A stretch of 64,000 nucleotides of DNA from Patescibacteria group bacterium (GTDB lineage: Bacteria > Patescibacteriota > Dojkabacteria > JAKAPS01): NCBI GenBank assembly GCA_025450075.1, contig JANWIC010000007.1:39289-103288 (forward strand). Reading direction: 5' to 3'. The position numbers were made by a program, and so were the translations under genes. Of this stretch, positions 48,874-58,303 are shown piece after piece (positions within the stretch are counted from its first letter, which is position 1; each line of letters begins with the position of its first letter). Under the pieces are notes generated by a model that worked only from the letters and a program-made list of their open reading frames with translations, had not been told where the DNA came from and did not search any database.

Positions 48874-49383
48874 ATGGCAGAAGAAAAAACTAATCAAAGG
48901 ATTAACACAAAAGATGACAGAAAAGGTGCTCCAAGAGCTGGTGCAGAAGATGGATTTGACCAGATTGCTGTTGAAACAAGAAGAGTGACAAAAGTAACAA
49001 AAGGTGCAAAGCGATTCAGATTCAGTTCTGTCGTTGTAGTCGGAAATAGATCTGGCAAAGTAGGTATTGGAATTGGAAAAGGCGGAGACCCAAAACAGGC
49101 TATAGAAAAGGCAGCAAAATATGCTAAGACGCACTTATTTGATGTAACATTAAAAGGAACGACAATTCCTCATATTATTGAAACTGATTATGGTGCTTCA
49201 AAGGTATTATTAAAACCAGCTGCACAAGGTACAGGAATTATTGCAGGAAGCAGCGTTCGAGCAGTTGTTGAACTTGCAGGTATAAAAGATATCCGTGGAA
49301 AAATTATTGGCAGTAACAATAAAGTAAATAATGTGTACTGTACATTAAAAGCACTTACACTACTTAGGGATAAAAGAATATAA
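48874..49383 (+). CDS. rpsE: 30S ribosomal protein S5
   Basis: VTKVTKGAKRFRFSSVVVVGN...GKVGIGIGKG. Confidence 0.95.
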   Translation: MAEEKTNQRINTKDDRKGAPRAGAEDGFDQIAVETRRVTKVTKGAKRFRFSSVVVVGNRSGKVGIGIGKGGDPKQAIEKAAKYAKTHLFDVTLKGTTIPHIIETDYGASKVLLKPAAQGTGIIAGSSVRAVVELAGIKDIRGKIIGSNNKVNNVYCTLKALTLLRDKRI

Positions 49384-49384
49384 T

Positions 49385-49822
49385 ATGGAACTACACTCTC
49401 TCAAAAAAATTACAGATAAAAAGAAAAAAGTTGTCGGACGCGGATACGGATCTGGAAAAGGTGGACATACTTCAGGAAGAGGATCAAAAGGACAAAATGC
49501 AAGAGCAGGCGGAAAATTACGTCCACTATTTGAAGGAGGACAAAATCCATTAAGTATGCGAATTCCACACAAACGTGGATTTAAAAGAGCATTTAAAGAA
49601 AATAGTGAAATTGTAAAGCTAGACAGCCTTAACATGTTTGAAGACGGAAATACCGTTAGCCCGGCAGAATTGTTCAAAACAGGCCTTATCACAGGGAACG
49701 GAACTCCAAAGATATTGGATCACGGAACTCTTACAAAAAAAATTAATCTTATCGGTGTGATGTGTTCCAAATCTGCAAAAGAAAAAATTGAAAAGCAGGG
49801 AGGAAGCGTATCATGGAAATAA
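49385..49822 (+). CDS. rplO: 50S ribosomal protein L15 (follows S5 directly; no L30 gene)
   Basis: GRGYGSGKGGHTSGRGSKGQNARAG. Only 1 nt separates it from the rpsE stop. Confidence 0.95.
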   Translation: MELHSLKKITDKKKKVVGRGYGSGKGGHTSGRGSKGQNARAGGKLRPLFEGGQNPLSMRIPHKRGFKRAFKENSEIVKLDSLNMFEDGNTVSPAELFKTGLITGNGTPKILDHGTLTKKINLIGVMCSKSAKEKIEKQGGSVSWK

Positions 49823-51090
49823 TAGACAATCTGAAAAGAGCTTTCAACAATCCTGAAATACGGAAGAAAGTACTTTTCACTCTTATAATTCTTGTCATTT
49901 ATCGTTTATTAGCAAATATTCCAACCCCGGGTATTAACAGAACCGCACTCCAGTCTCTCTTCTCACAAAACCAATTTTTAGGATTATTAAATGTCTTCTC
50001 AGGAGGAACATTTGCAAATTTTGCTATTATTACAGTCGGTTTGACTCCATATATCACCGCATCTGTTGTCGTACAGCTTCTAACTTCAATATTTCCTCGA
50101 CTTGAAGAATTACAACAAGAAGGAGAAAGAGGAAGAAGAGTTCTTATTCAGCTTACTAGAATTCTTACAGTACCGTTGGCAGTCGTTCAGGCTTTAAGTG
50201 TCTTTTTCCTATTGAAAAACCAGAATGTAATCCAAAGCATTGATACGCTTTCAGCAATTACATTGCTTGTTACGTTAACTGCAGGTGCAATCTTACTTAT
50301 GTGGTTGGGAGAAATATTGACGGAAAGCGGTATCGGTCAAGGAATTTCATTTTTGATTGCATGTAATGTACTATCAGCATTCCCACATGCATTAGTGCAG
50401 ACATTTCAATCCCAAACAATTGACTTTATCACTATTATTGCATTAGTAGGTTTATTTTTGCTTGTAATAGTCGGCATTGTCTTTATTAATGAGGCGGTAC
50501 GAAATATCCCACTCAATTATACGAAGCGTATACGAGGAAACAAAACGATGGGAGGAAATTCTGGTTCATTACCAATGAAAGTTAATACTGCAGGTGTTAT
50601 GCCGGCTATTTTTGCCTTGTCTATGATTATCTTTCCTCTTACAGTTGGAAAATTCCTTTCAAACGCATCATCTGCACAGGTACGAACTATTGCAACAAAT
50701 ATCGTAAATTTCTTGAATAATCAAACATATTATGCGATTATATACTTCCTTTTAGTATTTATATTTACCTATTTCTATGCATATATCGTTTTTAGTCCAG
50801 ATAAGGTAGCAGAAAACTTGCAATCTCAAGGCGGCTTTATTCCAGGAATTAGGCCGGGAGAGAAAACTGCAGAATACTTATCTAAAATACTTGGAAGAAT
50901 TACTTTTGTTGGTGGAATTTTCTTAGCAGTAATAGTCACCCTTCCAATTATCATGCAGAATGCAACAAATATCACAACGCTTTCTGTCGGTGGAACTGGT
51001 CTTATCATCGTTATTGGAGTGATATTACAAACCGTAAGCCAATTGAAGTCATACATGGTAACTCGCTCTTACGAAAATTTTGCCAGATAA
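49813..51090 (+). CDS. secY: preprotein translocase subunit SecY
   Basis: 425 aa with 10 TM; plug and TM2 region TPGINRTALQSLF...; position. Confidence 0.95.
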   Translation: MEIIDNLKRAFNNPEIRKKVLFTLIILVIYRLLANIPTPGINRTALQSLFSQNQFLGLLNVFSGGTFANFAIITVGLTPYITASVVVQLLTSIFPRLEELQQEGERGRRVLIQLTRILTVPLAVVQALSVFFLLKNQNVIQSIDTLSAITLLVTLTAGAILLMWLGEILTESGIGQGISFLIACNVLSAFPHALVQTFQSQTIDFITIIALVGLFLLVIVGIVFINEAVRNIPLNYTKRIRGNKTMGGNSGSLPMKVNTAGVMPAIFALSMIIFPLTVGKFLSNASSAQVRTIATNIVNFLNNQTYYAIIYFLLVFIFTYFYAYIVFSPDKVAENLQSQGGFIPGIRPGEKTAEYLSKILGRITFVGGIFLAVIVTLPIIMQNATNITTLSVGGTGLIIVIGVILQTVSQLKSYMVTRSYENFAR

Positions 51091-51144
51091 TTCGCAAGAT
51101 ATGCCATTATTATGGTATGATTTTTGATATATTAGCCCAATATT

Positions 51145-51726
51145 ATGCTCATTTTCATTATAGGACCATCTGCATCAGGAAAGGGGACGCAAGCTGAGTT
51201 GCTTGCTCAGCATTATCATGTTCCTCACATCAGTATTGGAGACTTGTTTCGACAAGAGATCCATAACGGAACAGAGATAGGAAAACAAATACAGCCGATT
51301 GTTGAAAAAGGAGATTTTGTTCCAGGATTAATAGCACAACAGGTATTAAAACAGCATCTCGAAAATGCATTTGTAGAACAAGGAGGAGCAATTGTTGACG
51401 GGTTTCCAAGATTACATGATCAGGCACATGAGATTCAACCAGTTGTTGATACATACAAAGGACCGTTTAGAGTAATCCATTATGTCCTTTCATATGAAGA
51501 ATGTGAAAAAAGAGAAGAAGTAAGAAAGCAAGCAGGAGGTGCCAGAAAAGATGATTTTGTCTTAAAAGAAAGGTATGATGCATATGCTGTAGAAATTGAG
51601 GCAATAAGGCAATATTATCAGGAGCAAGGCAAGCTTATTGAAATTGATGCAAGACCTGATATCGATCATATTTTCCATGAATCCTTAGCCCGACTAGAAG
51701 AAAGTATCGCAAATGAAAAAATATGA
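51145..51726 (+). CDS. adk: adenylate kinase (short-LID type)
   Basis: IIGPSASGKGTQAE; 193 aa; no zinc lid. Confidence 0.92.
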   Translation: MLIFIIGPSASGKGTQAELLAQHYHVPHISIGDLFRQEIHNGTEIGKQIQPIVEKGDFVPGLIAQQVLKQHLENAFVEQGGAIVDGFPRLHDQAHEIQPVVDTYKGPFRVIHYVLSYEECEKREEVRKQAGGARKDDFVLKERYDAYAVEIEAIRQYYQEQGKLIEIDARPDIDHIFHESLARLEESIANEKI

Positions 51727-52468
51727 TTTAAAAACAAAGGAACAAATTGCAATTATGGCCGAAGGAGGCCATATTCTTGGGAATATCCTAAAAGAACTCG
51801 GAAATGCATCTCAAGTTGGTGTCAGTACCAAATCAATAGAAATTCTAGCGGACAAGTTATGCAAAGAATATGCTGTAACGGCAGCGACAAAGGGATACAA
51901 AGGGTTTCCTGCAAGTTATTGTTCGTGTGTGAATGATGTTGTAGTTCATGGCATTCCATCGAGTCATGAAATACTAAAAGATGGTGATGTTTTCACCATT
52001 GACATGGTATTAAAGTATAAAGGACTTCATACCGATGCAGCTATCACTGTTCCAATCGGAAATGTTTCTAAGGAAAACCTGGATTTTCTCGCAACCGTTA
52101 AAAAGGCAAGAGATGAGGCAATTGCAAAGGTAAAACCGGGAAGAAGGATCGGAGATTTATCAGCAATCATGGAATATACTGTTCGTTTAAAGGGCTATAG
52201 CCCAGTACGTGAGCTCATTGGACATGGTATAGGACGAACAATGCATGAGGAACCGGAAATCCCTTGTTATGGCCTTCCGGGAACCGGTCCGGTCATTGAA
52301 GAAGGTATGACGCTAGCAATTGAGGCAATTATTGCTAAAGGAAAGCCAGATGTGACGTTTTCACGTGAAGACGGATGGACAGTTAGGACAAAAGATGGTA
52401 ATATAGCTGCGGTGTTTGAACATACTGTTGCAGTCACGAAAAATGGCTGTATGATTTTGACAGTTTAA
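51713..52468 (+). CDS. map: methionine aminopeptidase type I
   Basis: 251 aa; metal ligands in the VVHGIP, DMVLKYKG.HTD, HGIGR.MHE and EHTVAV regions. Confidence 0.93.
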   Translation: MKKYDLKTKEQIAIMAEGGHILGNILKELGNASQVGVSTKSIEILADKLCKEYAVTAATKGYKGFPASYCSCVNDVVVHGIPSSHEILKDGDVFTIDMVLKYKGLHTDAAITVPIGNVSKENLDFLATVKKARDEAIAKVKPGRRIGDLSAIMEYTVRLKGYSPVRELIGHGIGRTMHEEPEIPCYGLPGTGPVIEEGMTLAIEAIIAKGKPDVTFSREDGWTVRTKDGNIAAVFEHTVAVTKNGCMILTV

Positions 52469-52470
52469 TA

Positions 52471-52499
52471 TTGCAAACTCCTTGTTTGTTTGATATAAT
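52471..52499 (+). promoter_or_regulatory. sigma70-like promoter (TTGCAA -17- TATAAT) before infA, flanked by an 8-bp inverted repeat CCTTGTTT...AAACAAGG
   Basis: -35 at 52471-52476, -10 at 52494-52499, IR arms at 52480-52487 and 52512-52519. Confidence 0.4.
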
Positions 52500-52526
52500 T
52501 CGTGCGTTCTTTATAAACAAGGCCAT

Positions 52527-52754
52527 ATGAGTGATAATGACAAGAAATATGAGGTTGACGCAAGAGTGTTGGAAGTGCTTCCAAACTCTTCTTTCAAACT
52601 AAATATTGAAGGAACAGATCACGAAATAATTGGCTATATATCAGGCAAAATGAGGATGAACTATATCCGAATCACAGTAGGTGACCGGGTAAAGGTTGAA
52701 CTGTCCCCATATGATTTAAAACGGGGACGTATTACATACAGATATAATAAGTAG
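52527..52754 (+). CDS. infA: translation initiation factor IF-1
   Basis: 75 aa; S1-like; [18 protein letters not shown]. Confidence 0.95.
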   Translation: MSDNDKKYEVDARVLEVLPNSSFKLNIEGTDHEIIGYISGKMRMNYIRITVGDRVKVELSPYDLKRGRITYRYNK

Positions 52755-52757
52755 GAT

Positions 52758-52874
52758 ATGAAAATTAAAGCTTCTATAAAAAAACGATGCACGGGTTGTT
52801 ACCTGGTAAAACGGGAAGGTGTTTTGTATATCTATTGCAAAACAAACCCCAAACATAAGCAAAGACAAGGATAA
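52758..52874 (+). CDS. rpmJ: 50S ribosomal protein L36 (38 aa; not in the ORF track)
   Basis: Manual translation gives [38 protein letters not shown], with the C-x2-C-x12-C-x4-H zinc motif. It starts 4 nt after infA. Confidence 0.85.
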   Translation: MKIKASIKKRCTGCYLVKREGVLYIYCKTNPKHKQRQG

Positions 52875-52892
52875 TATATTACATCTTAACTA

Positions 52893-53288
52893 ATGGCTCA
52901 ATCAATTAGAATCGCAGGAGTAGAAATACCAACACAAAAAAAAGTAAATATAGCACTTACCTATATCTACGGAATTGGAATGACATCTGCAGCAAAGATT
53001 GTAGAACAGGCAAAAATTGATAAATCAAAGAGGGCTAAAGACCTTACTGATGATGAAATCAATCGGATGCGGGCAATTGTAGAAGGCGGATCATATAAGA
53101 TTGAAGGTGAACTTCGCCAGCAACTATACCAGAACATTAAAAGACTTAAAGATATTAGATCCTACCGAGGTGTTCGTCATAAACTGGGACTTCCAGTAAG
53201 AGGACAACGAACCCGAAGCAATGCAAAAACCCGAAAAGGAAGACATATTGCAGTCGGAGGATTAAAGCATAAGCTTGAGAAAACTTAA
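52893..53288 (+). CDS. rpsM: 30S ribosomal protein S13
   Basis: [13 protein letters not shown]...[15 protein letters not shown]. Confidence 0.95.
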   Translation: MAQSIRIAGVEIPTQKKVNIALTYIYGIGMTSAAKIVEQAKIDKSKRAKDLTDDEINRMRAIVEGGSYKIEGELRQQLYQNIKRLKDIRSYRGVRHKLGLPVRGQRTRSNAKTRKGRHIAVGGLKHKLEKT

Positions 53289-53305
53289 TTTAACATTATT
53301 CCAGT

Positions 53306-53737
53306 ATGGCTAAGAAAAAGGACGAAAAAAAGGCTGCAAAGAAAATTGTAAAAAAGACAAAGCCGGTAAAAGCAAAGAAGATTAAAGAAATGGTGACAAA
53401 GGGGAATGCATATATCTATTCCACTTTTAACAATACTGTTGTTACCTTAACGGATGAATCAGGAAAAGTTTTAAGTGCAAGCAGCGGTGGTGTTGTTGGG
53501 TTTAAGGGAACTAGGAAATCTACACCTTATGCTGCATCACGTGCATCTGAAGATGCTGTAAATAAATCATTAAAATACGGATTAAAAGAAGTTGATGTTT
53601 TTGTCAAAGGTCCAGGACCGGGAAGACAAATGGCTGTAAAAGCCATCCGAAGTGCCGGACTGAAGGTCACTTCATTAACTGATGTTACTCCTATCCCACA
53701 TAATGGGTGCAGGCCAAAAAAGAGGCCGAGAAAATAA
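53306..53737 (+). CDS. rpsK: 30S ribosomal protein S11
   Basis: [12 protein letters not shown]...[12 protein letters not shown]. Confidence 0.95.
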   Translation: MAKKKDEKKAAKKIVKKTKPVKAKKIKEMVTKGNAYIYSTFNNTVVTLTDESGKVLSASSGGVVGFKGTRKSTPYAASRASEDAVNKSLKYGLKEVDVFVKGPGPGRQMAVKAIRSAGLKVTSLTDVTPIPHNGCRPKKRPRK

Positions 53738-53755
53738 TATATTATTTGTTATACA

Positions 53756-54520
53756 ATGTTAGATCCTAATGTAACTCAGGTAAAAGTTGTTGAAGAAACG
53801 GAAAATTTTGGACGTTTTGAAATTGAACCGTTAGAACGGGGATACGGTCAGACAGTTGGAAATACACTACGACGTGTATTACTATCATCCCTTAGCGGCG
53901 CCGCTGTATCATCCGTAAAAATTAACGGTGCAAAACATGAATATACGACTCTTGCAGGCGTAGAAGAAGATTTATTAAATATTGTTTTGAATTTGAAAGA
54001 GTTACGAATCAGATCATTTACTTCTGAAAAACAAACTATCTATTTAAATATCAAAAAAGCAGGGGAAGTAAAAGCAGTAGATCTTGAAACTGGATCTGAT
54101 CTTGAAATCTTAAACCCTGAACTGGTTATCGCAACCCTTGCTGATTCAAAAAATCCACTTAGTATGGAAATTACTGTTGAAACAGGTGTTGGGTATAATA
54201 CGATGGAAGATAGAAGACAGGAAATTGGTTTAATTCCAGTTGATGCTAACTTCAGCCCTGTTGAACGTGTGAATTTTGAAGTAGGATCAGCACGTCTAGG
54301 TCAGGTTACTGATCTTGATAAACTGACGATTGAAATATATACAAAGACAATTAAACCATCAGAGGCACTTGCTCAGGCATTAGACCTGTATGTAGTAAAG
54401 CTTCAAGAAATAAGAAGCCAGGTGCAAGTAGAAGCTCTTGTAGCAGTAGAAGAGAAAGCCCCTAAAGCTGTTAAGAAAATAGCTGCAAAAAAGACAACAA
54501 CTAAAAAAGCTAAAAAATAA
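53756..54520 (+). CDS. rpoA: RNA polymerase alpha subunit, N-terminal domain only (254 aa, no alpha-CTD; Lys-rich tail)
   Basis: GNTLRRVLLSSLSGAAV..VKINGAKHEYTTLAGVEED (alpha NTD). Ends ...EEKAPKAVKKIAAKKTTTKKAKK, 3 nt before rplQ. Confidence 0.88.
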   Translation: MLDPNVTQVKVVEETENFGRFEIEPLERGYGQTVGNTLRRVLLSSLSGAAVSSVKINGAKHEYTTLAGVEEDLLNIVLNLKELRIRSFTSEKQTIYLNIKKAGEVKAVDLETGSDLEILNPELVIATLADSKNPLSMEITVETGVGYNTMEDRRQEIGLIPVDANFSPVERVNFEVGSARLGQVTDLDKLTIEIYTKTIKPSEALAQALDLYVVKLQEIRSQVQVEALVAVEEKAPKAVKKIAAKKTTTKKAKK

Positions 54521-54523
54521 CGC

Positions 54524-54880
54524 ATGAGACATCTTGTAAAAAAACATAAATTAAATAAAGCTAAAAGCCATAGAGAAGCAATGTTAAAGAACTTGGCAGC
54601 TCAAGTGATTCAATATGAACACGTTGATACAACAAGTGCTAAAGCAAAAGCTGTTCTCCCCCTCATTGATAAAATGATTAATATCGGAAAGAAAAACAAT
54701 ATACAATCAATCCGAAGATTGCACCAGAAACTCTATGATGAGCTTGCTATTAAAAAGATTCAAGATGTACTTGCAAAAAGATATGAAAATAAAAATTCAG
54801 GATATGCAAGTATTATAAAGATTAAGAACAGATCTGGAGACAATGCCCAGATTGTTCGCATTATGCTAACGGAGGAATAA
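54524..54880 (+). CDS. rplQ: 50S ribosomal protein L17
   Basis: MRHLVKKHKLNKAKSHREAMLKNLA. Confidence 0.93.
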   Translation: MRHLVKKHKLNKAKSHREAMLKNLAAQVIQYEHVDTTSAKAKAVLPLIDKMINIGKKNNIQSIRRLHQKLYDELAIKKIQDVLAKRYENKNSGYASIIKIKNRSGDNAQIVRIMLTEE

Positions 54881-54881
54881 T

Positions 54882-55316
54882 ATGCAAAAAACTAAATCAA
54901 TAAAAAAAGCAGATCTACAACTTAACTGGTATGTTATTGATGCAAAAGAAATGAACCTTGGAAGGCTTGCAGTTGAAGCTTCGGGACTTCTAATGGGAAA
55001 AAAGAAGGTAACATATGCAAAAAATCTTTTCTCAGGTGATAATGTTATTATCATAAATGCAAAAGATGTAAAAGTTACTCCTCGAAAAGTAACAGATAAA
55101 ATGTATTACAGACACTCAGGATTTCCTGGAGGACTACGGGCATTATCTTTTGAAGGAATGATGAAGAAGAATCCATCAGCAGTTATTCGAGAAGCTATCC
55201 ACGGAATGGTTCCAAAAACCAAAATGGGAGCAGAAATACTTTCTCACTTGTATGTATACAATGATGAGAAAAACCCTCATGAAGCACAAAAGCCAATTAA
55301 ATTAGAAAGAAAATAA
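54882..55316 (+). CDS. rplM: 50S ribosomal protein L13
   Basis: 144 aa; WYVIDAKEMNLGRLA. Confidence 0.93.
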   Translation: MQKTKSIKKADLQLNWYVIDAKEMNLGRLAVEASGLLMGKKKVTYAKNLFSGDNVIIINAKDVKVTPRKVTDKMYYRHSGFPGGLRALSFEGMMKKNPSAVIREAIHGMVPKTKMGAEILSHLYVYNDEKNPHEAQKPIKLERK

Positions 55317-55727
55317 ATGGAAACGAAAAAAGTCAAAAAAAATACAGAAGTACATTCCGTAGGTAGAAGAAAAGAATCTATTTGTACAATTACCTTCTTT
55401 AAAGGAGAAGGAGAAAATATGGTAAATGGAAAGAAGGTTGAAGAATACTTTACTGAGCAATCTCATAAAGCGCTTATCATGCTTCCATTAATTGCAACGA
55501 ATACGTTAGGACATTACCATTTTACTGCACGCGTATCAGGAGGAGGACTTGTCGGACAAGCCGATGCACTCCGACTTGCTATTGCACGTTCTTTATCAGA
55601 AGCAGAACCTGAATTACACCATATTCTTGCAAAGGAAGGGTTGTTGAGCAGGGATCCTCGAGTCAAAGAAAGAAAGAAAGTTTTCTTTGTCAGAGCACGT
55701 AAAAGACCACAATACTCAAAACGTTAA
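55317..55727 (+). CDS. rpsI: 30S ribosomal protein S9
   Basis: 136 aa; ends KKVFFVRARKRPQYSKR. Confidence 0.95.
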   Translation: METKKVKKNTEVHSVGRRKESICTITFFKGEGENMVNGKKVEEYFTEQSHKALIMLPLIATNTLGHYHFTARVSGGGLVGQADALRLAIARSLSEAEPELHHILAKEGLLSRDPRVKERKKVFFVRARKRPQYSKR

Positions 55728-56953
55728 TCATTATCCGAATGTTCCGGTAAATAGAACCCGTGAATTTTTCGTTCTATTCTGTTTTTCATATAATAGGTGG
55801 AAAGCGGAGCAATCATCGTTTGGCCATATTTTCTTTTAATCTTTTGAAGAGCATTTTGTAATTGAGAAGAGGACTCTGAAAAAAGATCTACAGGAAGATC
55901 ATATTCTGAAACAAGAAGTGATGTATGTACTCCAATCTGTCTAATAGTACTTCCCTCAGTAAAAATAGATGAAAATATTCCCTTGCTTTGGGTAAATAGG
56001 ATATGTGGGTCATATGTATATATTTCCATTGTCCTATTCGAATAGAGAGAAGTAAAATCTGTGAATCTTGCATGTACGCCAATACATCGTGCTTTCATCC
56101 CTTTTTCTTTCATCCGAAATGCTACTCTTTGTACAAGACCATAAAGGACTTTCTCACATGATTTCCTATCTACCAGGTCATTTGGGAGCGTTATCTCGTG
56201 GCTGAATGATTTAGGAGCATCCTTGGTCGGTACAACTTCTTCCAGGTCAATACCTGCTGCTGTATTATATAAAAAGATTGCTAAATACTCCCCGAATTCA
56301 TTTTTAATAATTTCTATGGGAAAATTATTTAATTCTTTAAATGTATAGATACCAAGACTATGAAGCCTTTTGGTAATTCTTCTTCCGATTCCGGATATTT
56401 CTTCAACCCGAGTGTTAGGGATAATCCGGGATATATCTTCTTGGGTGAGAATCGTTAATCCATCCGGCTTATGGAGATTTGAAGCAAATTTTGCCATTCG
56501 CTTGTTTTGAGCAATTCCGATAGAGCAGGTAATTGCTTCTCCAAGCTGGCTTTTAAAATCCTTTTTAATCTCTTTTGCAATAGATTCCAATTTTTTCCAA
56601 TCAGTTATCCCCTGCGAATCTATATATACTTCATCGATACTTGCAACTTCAATACATAAGAAATATTTGGAAAGAATGGAAATGAAAGCATCGTGGATTG
56701 ATGCATACTTATCCCCATCCCCATATACCCGCATAACAAACGGGCAGAGTTTTTCTGCCTCATATATTTTCATGCCCGTCTTTATCCCATATAGCTTTGC
56801 TTCTCTTGAGGCAGCCACTACTATTGTTCGTTTTTCTTCACCTGTGACAATAATGGGTTTTCCACGAAGAGAAGGATGATCCTGCTGCTCAACTGAAGCG
56901 AAATATGAATTCATATCAAGACAGATTATCCTTCTGTCAGTTTTCGATTTCAT
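55724..56953 (-). CDS. dinB: Y-family DNA polymerase IV
   Basis: ICLDMNSYFASVEQ (catalytic Asp), the GIGRRITKRL helix-hairpin-helix region, and the little-finger domain. Start set at MKSKTDRR. Convergent with rpsI (4-nt overlap). Confidence 0.85.
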   Translation of the reverse strand: MKSKTDRRIICLDMNSYFASVEQQDHPSLRGKPIIVTGEEKRTIVVAASREAKLYGIKTGMKIYEAEKLCPFVMRVYGDGDKYASIHDAFISILSKYFLCIEVASIDEVYIDSQGITDWKKLESIAKEIKKDFKSQLGEAITCSIGIAQNKRMAKFASNLHKPDGLTILTQEDISRIIPNTRVEEISGIGRRITKRLHSLGIYTFKELNNFPIEIIKNEFGEYLAIFLYNTAAGIDLEEVVPTKDAPKSFSHEITLPNDLVDRKSCEKVLYGLVQRVAFRMKEKGMKARCIGVHARFTDFTSLYSNRTMEIYTYDPHILFTQSKGIFSSIFTEGSTIRQIGVHTSLLVSEYDLPVDLFSESSSQLQNALQKIKRKYGQTMIAPLSTYYMKNRIERKIHGFYLPEHSDND

Positions 56954-57179
56954 GAAGGGTACAGATGTTGTTTTTTCCATGGATAGAAATTTTGTAATAG
57001 GTATCTTGGCATTGAAGAGAATAATAGTAGATTCGGTATGACCCCTCCCATTTGGTATATGCCATATGGATGTTATCTACCATGATTTTCTTATTTTTCC
57101 ATGAAAATGCTATCGGAACAATTGATCCGTTTTTAAATACTGAAAATACATTGATATGTTCGTTTATTGCCATATACAA
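56937..57179 (-). CDS. small hypothetical protein (80 aa) immediately upstream of and overlapping dinB
   Basis: Overlaps the dinB start by 17 nt. No motif. It sits where a YolD/UmuD-like accessory gene sits in other bacteria, by position only. Confidence 0.3.
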   Translation of the reverse strand: MYMAINEHINVFSVFKNGSIVPIAFSWKNKKIMVDNIHMAYTKWEGSYRIYYYSLQCQDTYYKISIHGKNNICTLHEIEN

Positions 57180-57219
57180 GAGAATATATACAAAATGATA
57201 GCCGAAGAAGAACCGAATG

Positions 57220-57855
57220 TCAATATGTGGAAGTTATGAAGAACAGGAGGACACAGACACTTAACGGGATAAGAATATCATCAATCCCCTTTTGTGAAAT
57301 ATATTCTACTCCACTGACTAGTAAGGCTACAATGGGAAGAATGAAAATATATTGTGATTTAAATATGAGGATAAGAATGAAATATGCAGAAAGTGCAAAG
57401 ACAAACGAGCCGGTAATTGATTTATGTGTGTTTTTTCTTATCTTTCCGGCAATTGATGCTAATGGATCAGAAAGAGATAGGATTAGGATTGCAGCAGCAA
57501 AATGAGTAAGAGTTGAACTGACCAGATACGTTAAAAGAATTCCTACTGGAAAAAATAGTTCACCATATGTTTGACGGTTTGTCATATGGATTGCCTTAAA
57601 TATTTTGAAACGATAGGAGAAAGTTATTACTAAAATATATAAAGCACACAAAAGAATGAAATATGCAAAGGGAAGTACAACTGCAAGAAGTAATGCAATG
57701 ATCCCAGATAAAGCATGGATAATTGGCCGTGCAAAAGGCTGGAAAGCTATAGATTTCCTGGAAAATATCTCAATAAGTATGAGAAAAAATGCCTGAAGGA
57801 TTAAAAGAACTGCAGTAATAAAGAATGTTTGTAGATCCATAATATGTATTTTCAA
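57220..57855 (-). CDS. polytopic membrane protein, CTP-dependent polyprenol/dolichol-kinase (CdsA/DUF92) family-like
   Basis: SDPLASIAGKIRKNTHKSITGSFVFALSAYF resembles the D...G..K...K(S/T).EGS motif of that family; ~7 TM. Confidence 0.4.
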   Translation of the reverse strand: MKIHIMDLQTFFITAVLLILQAFFLILIEIFSRKSIAFQPFARPIIHALSGIIALLLAVVLPFAYFILLCALYILVITFSYRFKIFKAIHMTNRQTYGELFFPVGILLTYLVSSTLTHFAAAILILSLSDPLASIAGKIRKNTHKSITGSFVFALSAYFILILIFKSQYIFILPIVALLVSGVEYISQKGIDDILIPLSVCVLLFFITSTY

Positions 57856-57879
57856 TTCTCATCCTATTTAGGATATAAT
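57851..57879 (+). promoter_or_regulatory. promoter (TTCAAT -17- TATAAT) for tRNA-Pro
   Basis: -35 at 57851-57856 and -10 at 57874-57879. The tRNA 5' end is 10 nt downstream. Confidence 0.45.
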
Positions 57880-57888
57880 AGCAAAAAG

Positions 57889-57963
57889 CGGGGTGTAGCT
57901 TAGTTGGATGAAAGCGCCAGGCTGGGGGTCTGGAGACCGTCCGTTCGAGTCGGATCACCCCGA
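57889..57963 (+). tRNA. tRNA-Pro (anticodon GGG)
   Basis: Hand-folded cloverleaf. Acceptor CGGGGTG/CACCCCG with C1:G72. T8 A9. D-stem GCTT/AAGC. Anticodon stem CCAGG/TCTGG with loop CTGGGGG (G37). 5-nt variable loop. T-arm GTCCG-TTCGAGT-CGGAT. Discriminator A. CCA is not encoded. Confidence 0.8.
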
Positions 57964-58302
57964 TTACAAGTTATTCGTATATCCCGCTTCTAGATCATCC
58001 CTTCGTATAAACTTAGAGCTGACAAGAGTATAGTTTGAATTCTCAGTATTTGCTACCTGATTTGTTGTAATTAAGCTTCTTTGCAATTGTTCATTAACGC
58101 TTTGGATATTGGAGAAGTTGCTGTTACTGCTCGGGTTATTCGGATTTGTAATAAAACCTTTTGAATTAATAAAGAAGAATAGGATAACAGTAAGAAAAAT
58201 TACCAACGGTATTGCTATCATGATAATCGGATACAGATAGGAATTCTTTCTAGGATATATTGTTGGGACTTCTTCATTTTGAGCAGGTGTGACGTGATCC
58301 AT
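57964..58302 (-). CDS. small single-TM membrane protein (112 aa)
   Basis: N-terminal TM IIMIAIPLVIFLTVILFFFI, then an Asn/Ser-rich tail. Directly downstream of the large surface protein gene. Confidence 0.4.
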   Translation of the reverse strand: MDHVTPAQNEEVPTIYPRKNSYLYPIIMIAIPLVIFLTVILFFFINSKGFITNPNNPSSNSNFSNIQSVNEQLQRSLITTNQVANTENSNYTLVSSKFIRRDDLEAGYTNNL

Positions 58303-58303
58303 G

